Under the pieces are notes generated by a model. That model saw only the letters and a list, made by a program, of their open reading frames with translations, ran no database searches and was not told the origin of the DNA. The position numbers and the translations under genes were made by a program. Shown one piece after another: positions 1 to 12,567 of a stretch of 64,000 bases of DNA (the stretch's first letter is position 1; each line of letters starts with the position of its first letter). The stretch is taken from NCBI RefSeq assembly GCF_963921235.1, contig NC_086097.1:35032001-35096000 (forward strand). Direction: 5' to 3'. Origin of the DNA: Mobula hypostoma (Eukaryota).

Positions 1-2978
1 TATCAGCAATTTCGGGACAATGCACATACAGTATACACCTGAAGACTGAGCCAGAAGCTATTGTTACTAATTTTCTGCCTCTGCATAAGGGCACAGTTTT
101 GCATAGTAATCCCAAGAACTGAAAAAAAAATTCAGATATTCATGAACTGGTCTTTCTGCAAAACACCCAAGAGGTGTTTTGCTTTGTTATTTGCTGTGCA
201 AGTCAGTTTTAAATGGTATATTAAGCCATAAATACCACTTGTCAAACTGGTCTCCTAAAACAAATTAATTTTGTTTCTGGATTATAATTCTTTAAGGTAA
301 ATATTTCAAAATATAATGCATTTTAAAAATAATGATATTTTAGCCACTACTTTAATCATATGCATATATTCTAATCTACTTCAAGCTCTGTAAAATGTTT
401 AAACTATTAGTTGTGCTTTAATCTTCCCAGTCTGATGCCAATAAGGCTTCTTCAATATGATTATCCTTCAGCGTGCCTGATGACCCTCTGCTGTTGGAGA
501 TCAGGGATCCCACAGAACTGATGTACAGGAAACCACAAGGAAAGCCCAGAACACAGGAATCAGTGGGTTTTTACAGGCAGCTTTCCACAAAGACAGCATT
601 GCTGTTTAACCACTGAAGTCCATCAACTAAATGAGTATTGCCATTTTGAATAAAGTTCTCAGAACTAATTGAAACTGTTCTTCATGACTAAAGTTAATTT
701 TTAAATGAAGCTGGCTTGCTTTATGTGCACTGTACATGAAAAATAATGGTTGTCAGCACAATCATGATTTCAAGTAATCATTCTGTCTGACATGCAGCTA
801 TAATAGATATCTGCACTATATAATTGTAATAAAAACTACGTTCTATTTTCTTTCACCTTGCACAAAAATAAAGGGCGGTTTAGCGTTGCTTCCTATTACT
901 TCACTGAAAGCCTGGTGGCTCGTGGCAAGAAGATGATGCGCTGTGGCTTGTGAACTACCATGAATTACCAGACAACTAACACCATTAAAGTTAGAATGTT
1001 AAATCCTTTTACCTTTCTGTCACTTCTTACTCCTTCTTAATCCAGATTTCTTTTCTCCATTTTTTTAAAGCCTCTAAATCTTAATTCACACAAAATTCTA
1101 CCTCCACTTTCTCCATCTGCTATTTCTTTCTCAACCCTCAAGTCACACCAGTAAACATCTCACTATGTATCGTGGCCCCACGGCCTCCCAGCACCATTAA
1201 CAGCTCACCTACAAGCAATGTACAGGACAAGCAAAATACAGGAAAAACGGGGCTAATGAGATTTAATCAAACAGACTGTTGTTTTGAAATGCATATCCCA
1301 ATTCAGCTAAAGAAAACCTTCCTATTAGGTTTCTCCAGTGCTAATGAATGTATAGCTCTAGAAACATAATTACAATGACGTAGCTTACTCTCTGTTCTGC
1401 TGCTTTAATCTTGACAAACCAAAACTCCACTTTTTACAGTGATTCTGTAGAAATAAAGCAAGGTGGAATGTACAACACTGTGTTTGACTAATTGAAAATT
1501 TCAAGTGAATGCTTGGGACCGATGATAGATACTTTCTCAATGGGAAGAACATGCTGAGGGAAAAGTTCTCACCAGGCTCCACTCTCATCATCTAACGGTC
1601 TGCTCAGAAACGCAAAGAAGTGATCAGGTGTTAGGAAAACGTCGGAGGTTCTAAATTAATTGCTAATCCTTAAAATGCTGGCTAATGTTGGAAATGGATT
1701 TGGAAGTCAGTTTTCGCTCGATTTTTATCTGTCAGCTTCACATTGTAGGTGAATGGGCAAACAGTGGTGAGATCACTAATATCCTTTTGCACTATTTGCC
1801 AACATTTGAAAAATAGTGAAAAATCAAACTTTTCAAATGTACTCTTTCTGCAATGGAGAGCCACTGCCTCTGTTCAATATTTTCATCATGAAGGAATTCT
1901 AGACAGCATTCCATAACCCATTGGGTCATGCATCTCCAGCCATTACGAGGGACTACCAACCCAGTTGTTAAGCGTTCTTACTCTGTACATTTAGAAAAAA
2001 AAAACTTAAATAAAGCTTGGTAACAGTAAAATGTTACTTTGGAATTTAAGCAGAGGCACTATTCCTCAGCCTTATCTCTGTCGTTAATGGGTTAAAACAA
2101 GACCATAGCAGATCCAAATCGAAGCATCAGATGCTGTGAAAACAATCAAATATATATATAAAAAAATTGGCTTGCTTAGAGCATGGATTATTTCAAGTCT
2201 TGTTCCATGGAGAATTAATCTTGTCATGAAATTAGAGAACCCAGGGGAACATGATCTCATTTTGTATCATGTTTTAAATTCAACATGTAGTGCTGGTATT
2301 ACTTTGACATGCTACTTCGAACAATCACTGTAGACGGTCTTTATCACTGAGTTTCTGAAATAATGGCTTACACAGTTAGAAGGTATTCACTGATCGTAGC
2401 AGGCTACACGAGTTCAGATGGCTATTGCAAATCGCATTAGTGCTCACCCAGCTTCAGGAAGGCAGTACTGCATGAACAAATACCAATGAGGTCTTCAAAC
2501 TGCAGTATGTGCTTATAGTAAGCAGTATAAGGCCACGGAAAAGCTTAGCTGAAAGTAACAGGGTTCCACTGCAGTGCTTCTATGCCCTCTCTATAGCATC
2601 TTTACCTGTACTTCTCCTCAGGGTTCCTTGTCACATCCTTGCCATAACAGACAGTTCTTTTGAAACAATGGCTCAGAACTTTTCAGCCAGGCTCAAGAAA
2701 AGATGTACACCTGGCAATTTGAAAAGTGAATGGTAGTTAGCAGTAAACTAATATGACTTTTGTGAGGTTTGATACTTTATGTTAGTCCACTATTGCAGCT
2801 GTTCCGATTGGACCCGATCTCCATCTCTTCATCATACCAAGGAACAAGGAAACGTATGCTTTCCTTTTCCAAAATCTTTCAGTAAAATGCTTTCTGTTTG
2901 CACAATCAGCTTCGTTCTTGTTAGTCATCCAGAACTTGCCTTCTTGTAAATGAAGTTCTTTTACTCTCTTGCATTGCA
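1..2978 (-). other. RHOJ: Probable RHOJ 3' UTR / downstream region
   Basis: Directly follows the stop codon; AT-rich and free of recognisable repeats, unlike the introns. The poly(A) site could not be fixed. Confidence 0.45.
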
Positions 2979-3125
2979 TCAGATAATTGCACAACACGCA
3001 CGACATTTTGCACAACCTCTTTTCCTCTTTTTGGGGTGGAAAACTGTCAAAATTGCTTCATCAAAAACTGTTTTCAAGCCTTTTTGTGTGAGTGCAGAAC
3101 ATTCCAAGTAACACTGTGCTCCAAT
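2979..3125 (-). CDS. RHOJ: RHOJ coding exon 5 ([48 protein letters not shown])
   Basis: Acceptor TTTCAG; ECSAL G5 motif, polybasic KKRKR, CAAX box CAII; TGA at 2979-2981. Confidence 0.96.
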   Translation of the reverse strand: MGAQCYLECSALTQKGLKTVFDEAILTVFHPKKRKRGCAKCRACCAII

Positions 3126-3178
3126 CTGAAAGAACAAAAAAAGTTATAAATTTAAATAAAAAAAACGATTAGTTTCTA

Positions 3179-3315
3179 AGTCCTGATGAAGGGTCTCAGT
3201 CCGAAATGTTGATCCTTTATTCCTTTCCATAGATGCTGCCTGACTTGCTGAGTTTCTCCAGCATTTTGTGTGTGTTACTCTGGATTTCTAGGATCTGCAG
3301 AATCGTTTTCGTGTT
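3179..3315 (+). mobile_element. Penelope-derived repeat with partly decayed hammerhead motif
   Basis: AGTC-CTGATGA-AGGGTCTCAGTCC-GAAA-TGTT, followed by the family body GATGCTGCCTGACTTGCTGAG...TTTTGTGTGTGTT. Confidence 0.75.
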
Positions 3316-4285
3316 TATAATTTTAAAAATTTAATTCTTCCCCCTCACACACAGACATAATTAGACATCTCCCTTTGATTCACTGTTTTACCTGGTTTAT
3401 GATATTAAATCAAGTGTTATGCCATATATTAGCAGCAAAACTACAGGTATAGAAAATACATTTTAATATAATCAAAATATAAATAAAGATAAGACACAAC
3501 ATTAAAAAAGACCAATTCTAACTAGTCAGATTACTGCATTCACAATCAGTTGATCTAAATTTACATACAGTAGATGCACTGTAGCTGGCACAAGCTTTGA
3601 ATTTCCTGAAATAAAACCCTGTTTATCATTATCAAAAGATTTGGGAAACTTTTCAATCTCTGGAGGCAGCGGCTTTGGGCATGTTGAAATAATGTGAAAA
3701 TGTGATTACGATCAAATACATTTTTCTCCAGGAAAAAAGAACCAAAGTAAACATTCCTATAACTAATCAACTGAAATTTTGTCTGTTTATAGTCTGCCAA
3801 GTAATTCTTCAGAGCTACTCTTTGTTTCTTCACATAGATGACGTGCTTCCATGCATGACACTATTTTTTCTACCAGAGTTGATTTCCCTCTCCACTGATG
3901 AATATTCCATTTGTATTAAAACGTTATGCTGTCAGCAACAGCAGAATTGAGAGCACTTTTGGAAAATGTATAAGGCACTGAGGATCAATGTTGCTGGTTA
4001 GGGCATATTTCTCTCACTTTTAAAGATTTTGTCTGTGTCTGGATTTTCAGCTATCAGTGTTGACGTGCACTTGTTTTAAATGGGCAACTTGATTAGCCCT
4101 TCTATTAAGTACAGGAATGGAACTTGGTGTGGTCAGCTGCTGCTGTAGGCGAGCCACTTCAAGATTTGATGTGCTGTGTTCAGAGATGCTCTTCAGCACA
4201 CCACTGTTACAATTTGTGGTTATTTGAGTTATTGTCACCTTCCTGTCAGCTTGAACCTCTTTGGCTACTCTCTTCTGACCTCTAT

Positions 4286-4484
4286 AAGAACATAAGAAAT
4301 AGGAGCAGGAGTAGGCCATCTGGCCTGTCGAGTCTGCTCCACCATTCCGATCTGGCCATGGATTTATCTCCACCTACCTGCCTTTTCCCCATAACCCTCA
4401 ATTCCCCTACTATGTAAAAATCTATCCAGTCTTGTCTTAAATGCATCTACTGAGGTAGCCTCCACTACTTCACTGGGGAGAGAT
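4286..4484 (-). mobile_element. CR1 3' tail fragment
   Basis: ATAAGAACATAAGAAATAGGAGCAGGAGTAGGCC start, the reverse of a CR1 tail. Confidence 0.75.
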
Positions 4485-4603
4485 TAAAAAGGTGTTTTTG
4501 CCCACAAGGCTGTTGCTCTTTGGATTACTTCAGTTTCTCGCAGCATTCACTGCAAACTCTAGACACAATTGTGCTTGAAGATCCCAGGAGATCAGCAGTT
4601 TCT

Positions 4604-6333
4604 ACAAGATTCCACAAAAGGTAGTGGACGAGCGGAACATCCTTCAAAAAGTAGCGGATTCGGCTTAGTACATCATGGGTACAGCCCTCCCAATCACTGA
4701 GCACATCTACATAAAATGCTGTCGTAGGAAAGCAGCATCCATCATCAGAGATCCCCACCACCCAGGCAATGCGCTTTTCTCACTGTTGCCATCAGGGAGA
4801 AGTTACAGGTGCCTCAGGACTCACACCATCAGATTGAAGAACAGTTACTACCCCTTAACCATTTGGCTTTTGAACAAAAGAGGATAACTACACTCATCTA
4901 TTGAGACATTCCCACAACTAATGATCTCATTTTATTTCATGCTCTTGTTTTTTATTGCTATCTATTTGAATTTGCACAGTTTGTTGTCTTCTGTGCTCTT
5001 GCTCTTTCATTGATCCTGTTAACAGTTACTGTTCTATAGATTTACTTCCCACAGGAAATACGAATCTCAGGGTTGTAACGTGGTGACATCTATGTACTGT
5101 TATTATGGGAGGATGTTATTTCTGGACCAGTTCTGCATTTAACACAGTTATCCCCCATAAACTGGTCAGCAAACTGAACACTCTTGGCCTTCGTTCCTCC
5201 CTGCGCTCATGGGTCATGGATTCTCTCACAGACCGACCACAGCAAGTCAGAATTGGTCAGCACACCTCCACCACCCTCATCTTAAAAATAGGCACCCCGC
5301 AGGGCTGTGTGCTAAGCCCCATGCTCTACACACTACTCACACATGACTGCACCCCCATCTACACCTCCAACTCCATAATTAAATTTGTGGACGATACCAC
5401 AGTGGTTGGCCTGATCTTGGACAAGGATGAAACAGCCTACAGGCTTGAGGTGGATCATCTGACGGAGTGGTGTGAGGACAGCAACCTGGTCCTTAACACT
5501 TCTAAAACAAAAGAGATGATCATTGACTTCAGGAGGTCAAAGGACAGAGTACACCCCCCCCCCATAAACATGGAGAGGTAGTGGAAAGTGTGGAAAACCT
5601 AAAGTTCCTTGGAATTATGTTGTCAAAACAGCTGACATGGACCACCAACACCTTGCTGCTTGTAAAAAAGGCACAACAAAGACTTCCTCAGAAAGCTGGA
5701 ACAGGCCGAACTCCAACAAAAGCTGTTGCTTAACTTCTACAGAAGCACAATTGAAACCATCCTGAGCAACAGCGCCACAGTGTGGTATGCCAGCTGCACA
5801 GCCGCTGAGCAACAAGACCTGCTTGGCGCAGTGAAGGCGGCCCAGTGAATTGTCAGGATGCAGCTCCCAGGACTGGACACCATCTATTCCAGCAGACTCA
5901 GGAGGAAAGCAATCCGCATAACCAGAGACACCACACACCCCGGCCACTCCCTGTCTGACCCGCTGCCGTCCAGCAAAAGGTTCAGGACACTAAAAGCCAG
6001 AACAAATAGACTGAGGAACAGCTTCTATCCCAGAGCTGTGGCCTCCATCACACCATCCCACAGAACAATGACTGAAACTGTGAGCACACACACACACAAG
6101 GACTCAAATACTTGCACTAACAGCACTTTGTGCATTACTGTGATATTCTGGTGCTGCTGCAACTTATTTTCTGCTACTTATCTATTTAATACTGTTTTTC
6201 TATTAGTCTTGTTTTTATCTACCGCTTTATTTAATTGCCTGAGAGGAAGCCAAACAGGTTTCATTGTACCACTGTATAATGACACTAAAGATCATTCAAT
6301 TCAATTCAATTATCAATTTTACCTTGAACTTTG
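4604..6333 (+). mobile_element. Rex1-like 3' fragment (4604-5106 + 6309-6333) with 7-bp TSD, hosting a second Rex1-like fragment
   Basis: ORF IIRDPHHPG..LLPSGRSYR; TSD AGTTTCT at 4597-4603 and 6334-6340. Confidence 0.8.
5107..6308 (+). mobile_element. Rex1-like RT 3' fragment, 5'-truncated
   Basis: SSAFNT, GTPQGCVLSP, KFVDD; (ATTCA)n tail; ATTAT at both ends. Confidence 0.85.
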
Positions 6334-7191
6334 AGTTTCTGAGATACTCAAACCACCCTATCTGGCACCAACAATCATTCCACAGTCAAAATCACTTAGG
6401 TCACATTTCTTCCCCACTCTGATGTTTGGTCTGAACAACATCTAAACCTCTTGACCATATCTGCATGCTTTCATACATTGATTTGTTGCCACATGATTGG
6501 CTGATTAGATATTTGCATTAACAAGCCGGTGTACAGGTGTTAATAAAGTGACCGCTGAGTGTACATTAAACTTCTTGGCTTAGTAAGTTTAATAATAATT
6601 CTTGAAGTGAAATTGTCAGAACAGTGAAATTTGAATGGTCTTTTGTGGCAGCACTGTTGTATATTGCATAGATAGCATGTAGAGGATAGATGTCAAGCTA
6701 TATTTAAACAGTGATCACAAGGTCTGTTAAATGTCTTTCAATAGTTAGAATTTTACTACAAATTCTTCTTTAGGTGCTTCCCAGAATGGATCAACACCAG
6801 CCGCTAACAGAGTAGAATACTAGTGTAATTATTAGAATGCAGTCAAGGGCTTGTCATTTGGTATCTGCATTGCTATCAAAGAAGAATTCTAGTTAACAGC
6901 AGTAGTATTGATTGCTGGAAGTTGGTTTGGCAGTGACTTAACAGAAAAGCATATCATTTGTGAAAACAAAAATCATGGGAAATCACAATTGTAGGAGTCT
7001 TTCAATGAGTCAACACAAACTTACCAAGCCTCCTGTGCTGTATGATTTTAATCAGGAAATGGCATTTGATTTTCTATAGTTCATTAATATAAGTTGTGTT
7101 ATGTTAATGCTGCCAGATATCCCCCATAAACAAAAGGCTTCCTCTTTAAATAAACTTTTACCATGCGTAGAAATATTTTAATTTAATTTTT

Positions 7192-7400
7192 TTTATTTAG
7201 AGAAACAGCATGGTAACAGGCCCTTTGGGTCCAACGAGCCTGCACTGCCCAATCATCCCCATGTGACCAATTGACCTATTAACACAGCTGTTTCTGGAAC
7301 GTATGTGGGAGGAAACCGGAGCACCCGGAGGAAACCAACGCGGTCAGGGGAAACGCGTACAGACAGCAGCGGGAAGTGAAACGTTGTCCTGTCACTGTAT
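7192..7400 (-). mobile_element. V-SINE (HE1-like)
   Basis: V-domain core GGTTTCCTCCGGGTGCTCCGGTTTCCTCCC on the minus strand. Confidence 0.8.
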
Positions 7401-7681
7401 TTTGAAACTGGGATGCCCCAAAATTCAATATCACCATCAACTTGAATGCTCTCTTGTAGAGAACCTGCCCAGTTCTGAACCTGTAACTCACTATTTTACA
7501 GAAAAATTTAGTTGCCAGCAATACAAATTTCCATCAACTATGCTATTACACAAATTCCTCACTTTACTATGAATAGTCAATAGTGGCTTGAATGTTTCTA
7601 GGTGAAATGCATCTCGATTGTAAATGTATTTACTAGCTCATGTATACTTCCTTAAAAGTGAAAACTTACAAAAATAATTAC

Positions 7682-7777
7682 CTCTTTTGCCAGCTTCACA
7701 CCTTGTTCATATGTGATAGGTTTCTCCTTCATATGAATTAATCGGGCCAATGTTTTGGGATCATCTCTCAGATCAAT
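7682..7777 (-). CDS. RHOJ: RHOJ coding exon 4 ([32 protein letters not shown])
   Basis: 96 nt, phase 0-0; acceptor TTTTAG, donor GTAATT; completes the TQID G4 motif and carries the Rho insert helix. Confidence 0.96.
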
Positions 7778-7984
7778 CTAAAATATATATTTGATAAGAT
7801 CATGTTAAGGCATTTGCATTCATTGGCAAGCATTCAATAGCAGTTAAAAAGTTATTTACACGCATAGTTTGCACAGAATAACTTTTAAACAACTGGATGA
7901 AATATATAATCAGTGCAGCAGTACAGCTGGAAACATTTTTTTTAAATAACTTTCCATTAGTCTCTTGCTATTTTATGTTCAGTA

Positions 7985-8915
7985 CCTTACGCAGTATCTA
8001 AAGTGAACTCTCCCATTTCAGGTAACTCTTGCCTCCTGTATTCTCACTCCCCACTCTCTTTTTGATCCACCTCGGAAAGGGAACAAAAAGGCCCTCCCTT
8101 TGTGTCCCCTTTCCGATGCCCTTCTCTGATCTCCCATCCCAATCTTTGACCCTGCCTCCCCCAACCACCTCCAGTTCCATCCACCTACTACCAACATATT
8201 TTACTCCACAGGTTCCATCTTCTGATTTAATAGTTTGCTCTATCACCTCCCTTACAACAGATTCTAACATTGGTAGCCTTTGTTTATCCCCCTCCTGCAT
8301 TCACTTTGTCCTCTAGTGGCTCCACTTGCCTCTTTACTGTCCGTCACTTGCTTCTGTCTCTCAACTCCTCTCCTCTCCTCCCCCTCGTCCCCTAACCGGC
8401 TCATCTGCCATCATCAGGGCAGCAGGGCAGCACTGTGGTCAACACCGCACTTTTCAGTACCAGTGACCCGGGTTCAATTCCTGCCGCTGCCTGCCAGGGT
8501 TTGTACGTTTTCCTTGTGACCGCGTGGGTTTCCTCCGGGTGCTCCGGTTTCCTCCCATGGTCCAAAGACGTACCGTTCAGCAAGTTAATTGGTCCTTGTA
8601 TATTGTCCCGTGATGAGGCTGGGGTTAAACTGGGGGTTGCTGGGCGGCACAGCTCGAAGGGTCTATTCTGCGCCATATCTCAATAAATAAATAATCATCC
8701 TCAGTGGACCCACTTCAGTCCACTGGTCACCTATTGCCTGTGTTACCACTCCCTCTCTCCTCTTTATACTGGCTGTCTCCACTCTCAGTCCTGATGCAGG
8801 GCTTCGACCCGAATCAACAGTTCCCCACTAGGACCCCCACCCTCACAGATGCCCCTCAACCTACTGAGTCCCGCCAGCAGATTGCTTGTTGCTCCCAACT
8901 CTGGCATCTGCCTTC
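7985..8915 (+). mobile_element. Penelope-like element 3' fragment (pyrimidine-rich UTR + decayed hammerhead ~8787-8815), split by a V-SINE
   Basis: C/T-rich body leading to CAGTCCTGATGCAGGG...CCCGAAT and the family tail. Confidence 0.6.
8418..8693 (+). mobile_element. V-SINE (HE1-like)
   Basis: B-box-like GGTTCAATTCC, V-domain core, (TAAA)n tail. Confidence 0.85.
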
Positions 8916-9018
8916 TCAGCGTCACACGGCTACATTCCTTGTTGCAACACAATTGTTGTCCTGAATATAGAGGTCAGGATGAAGGAAATGCCACTCTGCT
9001 GTCATAGTATTAACATAC

Positions 9019-9183
9019 CTGAGTTCCAATCAATACATAAGGTACATGAGGCATACATGCTTTCAGCTCAGGCACCCATTCCTCTTGCACATTGTGGTAA
9101 GATGCAGGATTTACAACAGAGAAACAAATCAAAAATACATCAGTATTTGGATAGGAGAAGGGTCGCAGTTGATTATAGTCCTC
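9019..9183 (-). CDS. RHOJ: RHOJ coding exon 3 ([55 protein letters not shown])
   Basis: 165 nt, phase 0-0; acceptor TTGCAG, donor GTATGT. Confidence 0.96.
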
Positions 9184-9459
9184 CTGCAATAAATTAAGAG
9201 GGGAAGGAATAATTAAAAGCCATCAACTCCAACCTACCGTGCGTTACACAAGAGATTAATTATGCTTGCATTCCTTCTGTTATTGGAACAGCAATATGTA
9301 ATTTCTTAAATCAATATACAAGTGGCTCGATTTCCTGCCCTCAGTGCTGTCATGCAGTTGACGTGAATGGTATCAATCTAATGCAGTAGATATATTTGGT
9401 CTCGAACAGTTTTCTAACCATTTGTGTTACTGGAAGTAAACAAAATTTTCAGGATGCAC

Positions 9460-9625
9460 CACACACAAGATGCTGGAGAAACTCAGGAGGTCAGGCAGCA
9501 TCTATGAGAAGGAATAAACAGCGACTGCTCACTCTTTTTCATTGATGCTACCTGACCTGCTGAGTTTCAGCAGCATTTTGTGTGAACTACTCTGGATTTC
9601 CAGCATCTGCAGAATCTCTCGTGTT
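9460..9625. repeat. Inverted-repeat Penelope-derived element
   Basis: Left arm CACACAAGATGCTGGAGAAACTCAGGAGGTCAGGCAGCATC is complementary to right arm GATGCTACCTGACCTGCTGAGTTTCAGCAGCATTTTGTGTG. Confidence 0.75.
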
Positions 9626-10009
9626 TATTATTCTCAGGTTGTTCTTAAGTTGCACTGGAAATGTCCATTCAATAATCTATTTCTAACGTATTCAGTTTTT
9701 TTGCCTTTATTTTCTCAGAAGACACAAAATACAATGCAAGCAGAGCAATATTCTAGTTATTAGACTATTTAAGTATTATCCACCATAGCAACACCTTGCT
9801 TTGCCAATGTATATTTACTCAGTTTCAAATAAAAGCAAGGTCTGGAAATTTTCATCACTTTGGGAATATGTGTACAGAAGCACAGTTTACTGTTCCAATC
9901 AATGAACTTCCATTAAATTCAGCTTTTTTTTTTCTCTTGCCATAGATATTGCCTGAATTTTCAATTTTTATTTGGACATTCTACATCACGGTAAGGAAGA
10001 CAGAAGTAA

Positions 10010-10170
10010 TTCTGCAGATGCTGGAAATCTGGAGCAACACACACAAAATCCCAGAGGAACTCAGCCGGTCGGGCAACGTCAGTGGAAGATAATGAACAGT
10101 CAATGTTTCAGAATGAGACCCTTCATTGAGACTGCCCTGCTGAGGTCCTCCAGCATTTTGTGTGTGTTGC
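10010..10170 (-). repeat. Penelope-derived element (minus; decayed hammerhead) with short inverted arm
   Basis: Reverse complement reads CAGTC-TCAATGA-AGGGTCTCATTCT-GAAA-CATT-GACTG. Confidence 0.7.
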
Positions 10171-11761
10171 TGTCATTGTAATGGAATTGCTTTATAGTTT
10201 GCCTTTTAATGAGTAAGTGAATCTTCATGGCACTTTAAGTCTTCTTGTGAGCTCTGTTGCCTCAAATGCCTAAAAATAAGTACCCTATGAAGAATCAATA
10301 AGACTCATTCACAAAGAGCACAGCTGCAGTATCCGTTGATGCCACAGAAAGAATAATACTGCTAATACTCCACCTACTGGCTAGAAGACAAACTGAATAA
10401 GACGGTGAGAATCTTGCTGAAGAAATGAACTATTTGACAGAAAATTTCCAGATTACAAAGTCGCTCTTGTACTGATTTAATTTTATACTGCAAGCAAACA
10501 AGTCACATGTCTACAGACACAGATATTAAATACACTTTAAAAAAAAATGTTTAGGATTTTAAAAGATCCAAATTTAAGGAGTTCCAAAACACTGCGGCTA
10601 CAAAATGTGATGCTTGTGTAACCAAATATCCAAAACAAACCCCTAACTTTATAAACATAAAAATGAATATGCAGAGCAAGTTCCAATTTTATTTAACAGT
10701 TCCTCATAAATTACACAGCTTTCATGAGACAATATTCAATTCAATAAACCATATTTCCTGCCATATAATTCATTAAGTAAGGAGTTTTGTTTCTTATTCA
10801 GAGTGAACTGTTTAAGATGGCTTTGACAGAAAGTCATACAAATATAACTGGATATATACTATATAGTTTGTGTATTAGATGCCAAACAGAGGCAGTGGGG
10901 GGCGAGAAGGAGAATATGATAGCAGGATGTATTCTTCTTTCAGTCACTTACCAGTGTCTGGAGTGCAGCTGGCCGTAGGAGATAAGGTGTAGGGTCACAG
11001 GAAGATTCAACAAGGAAACGAGTCCTTCAGTCTATCAATTCCAAACTGACTCTCAACCATTCAATCATATTAATCCTATGATAATCTGTGTGTTTGTTCT
11101 CCCCATCTTCACCTCAACTTCCCCCAAGATCCTACCACTCAGCCATACATTAGGGTAAACTTACAGTTGTCACTTAACTTACCAACTGGACATGGGAGGA
11201 AAGCACAACAACCAGGGGAAACCCAGATACCATGAGGCAACCCTGTTCTAACCACTGCAAAGCTGAATGTGATAGAAGATCACGATAGTTTGGGTCAGCC
11301 ACAGCTTCATGGTCATCAACCATGGTCCACAAGCAAGCCTTAGATAATTTTGCTCAAGGCTTTGGGGTGAAGAAGTGAGATGCATGTTTGTGCGATTTTT
11401 TAAAGTATCTCTTGATGCTGATTAACTGGGCCCAACCTTCTGTTGATGTATCTGAATAGTCAGCAATAGTTTCCTTGGCTCAGGGGTTAAATGAAAAACC
11501 AGGTAGTCAGTTTAATAAGATGACATCATCCACATCTGTCATCCTCCTGCCAAGAGAAAGGTGGGAAGCGAGATATCCCTGATAAGTCAAATAAAGTAAA
11601 TGCATTAGAACAACATCAAAAATAGATTGGATTGAAGCCACACTGAGATTAGAAGAGCATCAACTTTAATTTATAAAAAAAAATTCCTTTTTTATTTCTT
11701 AAACTGAGCTGAAGCCACTTTCCTGACCCATTCAGAATCAAAATAAGGTTTAATATCATTG

Positions 11762-12567
11762 AACATAGAACATAGAACAGTACAGTACAGTACAGGCCCT
11801 TCGGCCCACAATGTTGTGCCGACCCTCAAACCCTGCCTCCCATATAAGCCCCCACCTTAGATTCCTCTATATACCTGTCTAGTAGTCTCTTAAACTTCAC
11901 TAGTGTATCTGCCTCCACCACTGACTCAGGCAGTGCATTCCACGCACCAACCACTCTCTGAGTAAAAAACCTTCCTCTAATATCCCCCTTGAACTTCCCA
12001 CCCCTTACCTTAAAGCCATGTCCTCTTGTATTGAGCAGTGCTGCCCTGGGGAAGAGGTGCTGGCTATCCACTCTATCTATTCCTCTTATTATTTTGTACA
12101 CCTCTATCATGTCTCCTCTCATCCTCCTTCTCTCCAAAGAGTAAAGCCCGAGCTCCCTTAATCTCTGATCATAATGCATACTTTTTAAACCAGGCAGCAT
12201 CCTGGTAAATCTCCTCTGTACCCTTCCAATGCTTCCACATCCTTCCTATAGTGAGGCGACCAGAACTGGACACAGTACCCCAAGTGTGGCCTAACTAGTT
12301 TTATAGAGCTGCATCATTACATCGTGACTCTTAAACTCTATTCCTCGACTTATGAAAGCTAACACCCCATAAGCTTTCTTAACTACCCTATCCACCTGTG
12401 AGGCAACTTTCAGGGATCTGTGGACATGTACCCCGAGATCCCTCTGCTCCTCCACACTACCAAGTATCCTGCCATTTACTTTGTACTCTGCCTTGGAGTT
12501 TGTCCTTCCAAAGTGTACCACCTCACACTTCTCCGGGTTGAACTCCATCTGCCACTTCTCAGCCAGG
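11762..12567 (-). mobile_element. Relatively young CR1 3' fragment
   Basis: WQMEFNPEKC, LYSLERRRMRGDMIEVYK; (CTATGTT)n tail. Confidence 0.88.

Larger units (their letters stand above)
4090..6561 (-). mobile_element. Non-autonomous Tc1 derivative, same family, split by three retro-insertions
   Basis: Pieces at ~4090-4285, 4485-4603 and 6334-6561; VQADRKVTITQITT; TIR TAATAAAGTGACCGCTGAGTG|TA. Confidence 0.8.

Noticed and set aside
1..2900. Neighbouring GPHB5 exons expected from mammalian synteny
   Set aside because: No cystine-knot coding sequence found by eye.
8418..8490. tRNA genes at the SINE heads
   Set aside because: A/B-box-like motifs run straight into the V domain and form no cloverleaf; these are SINEs.
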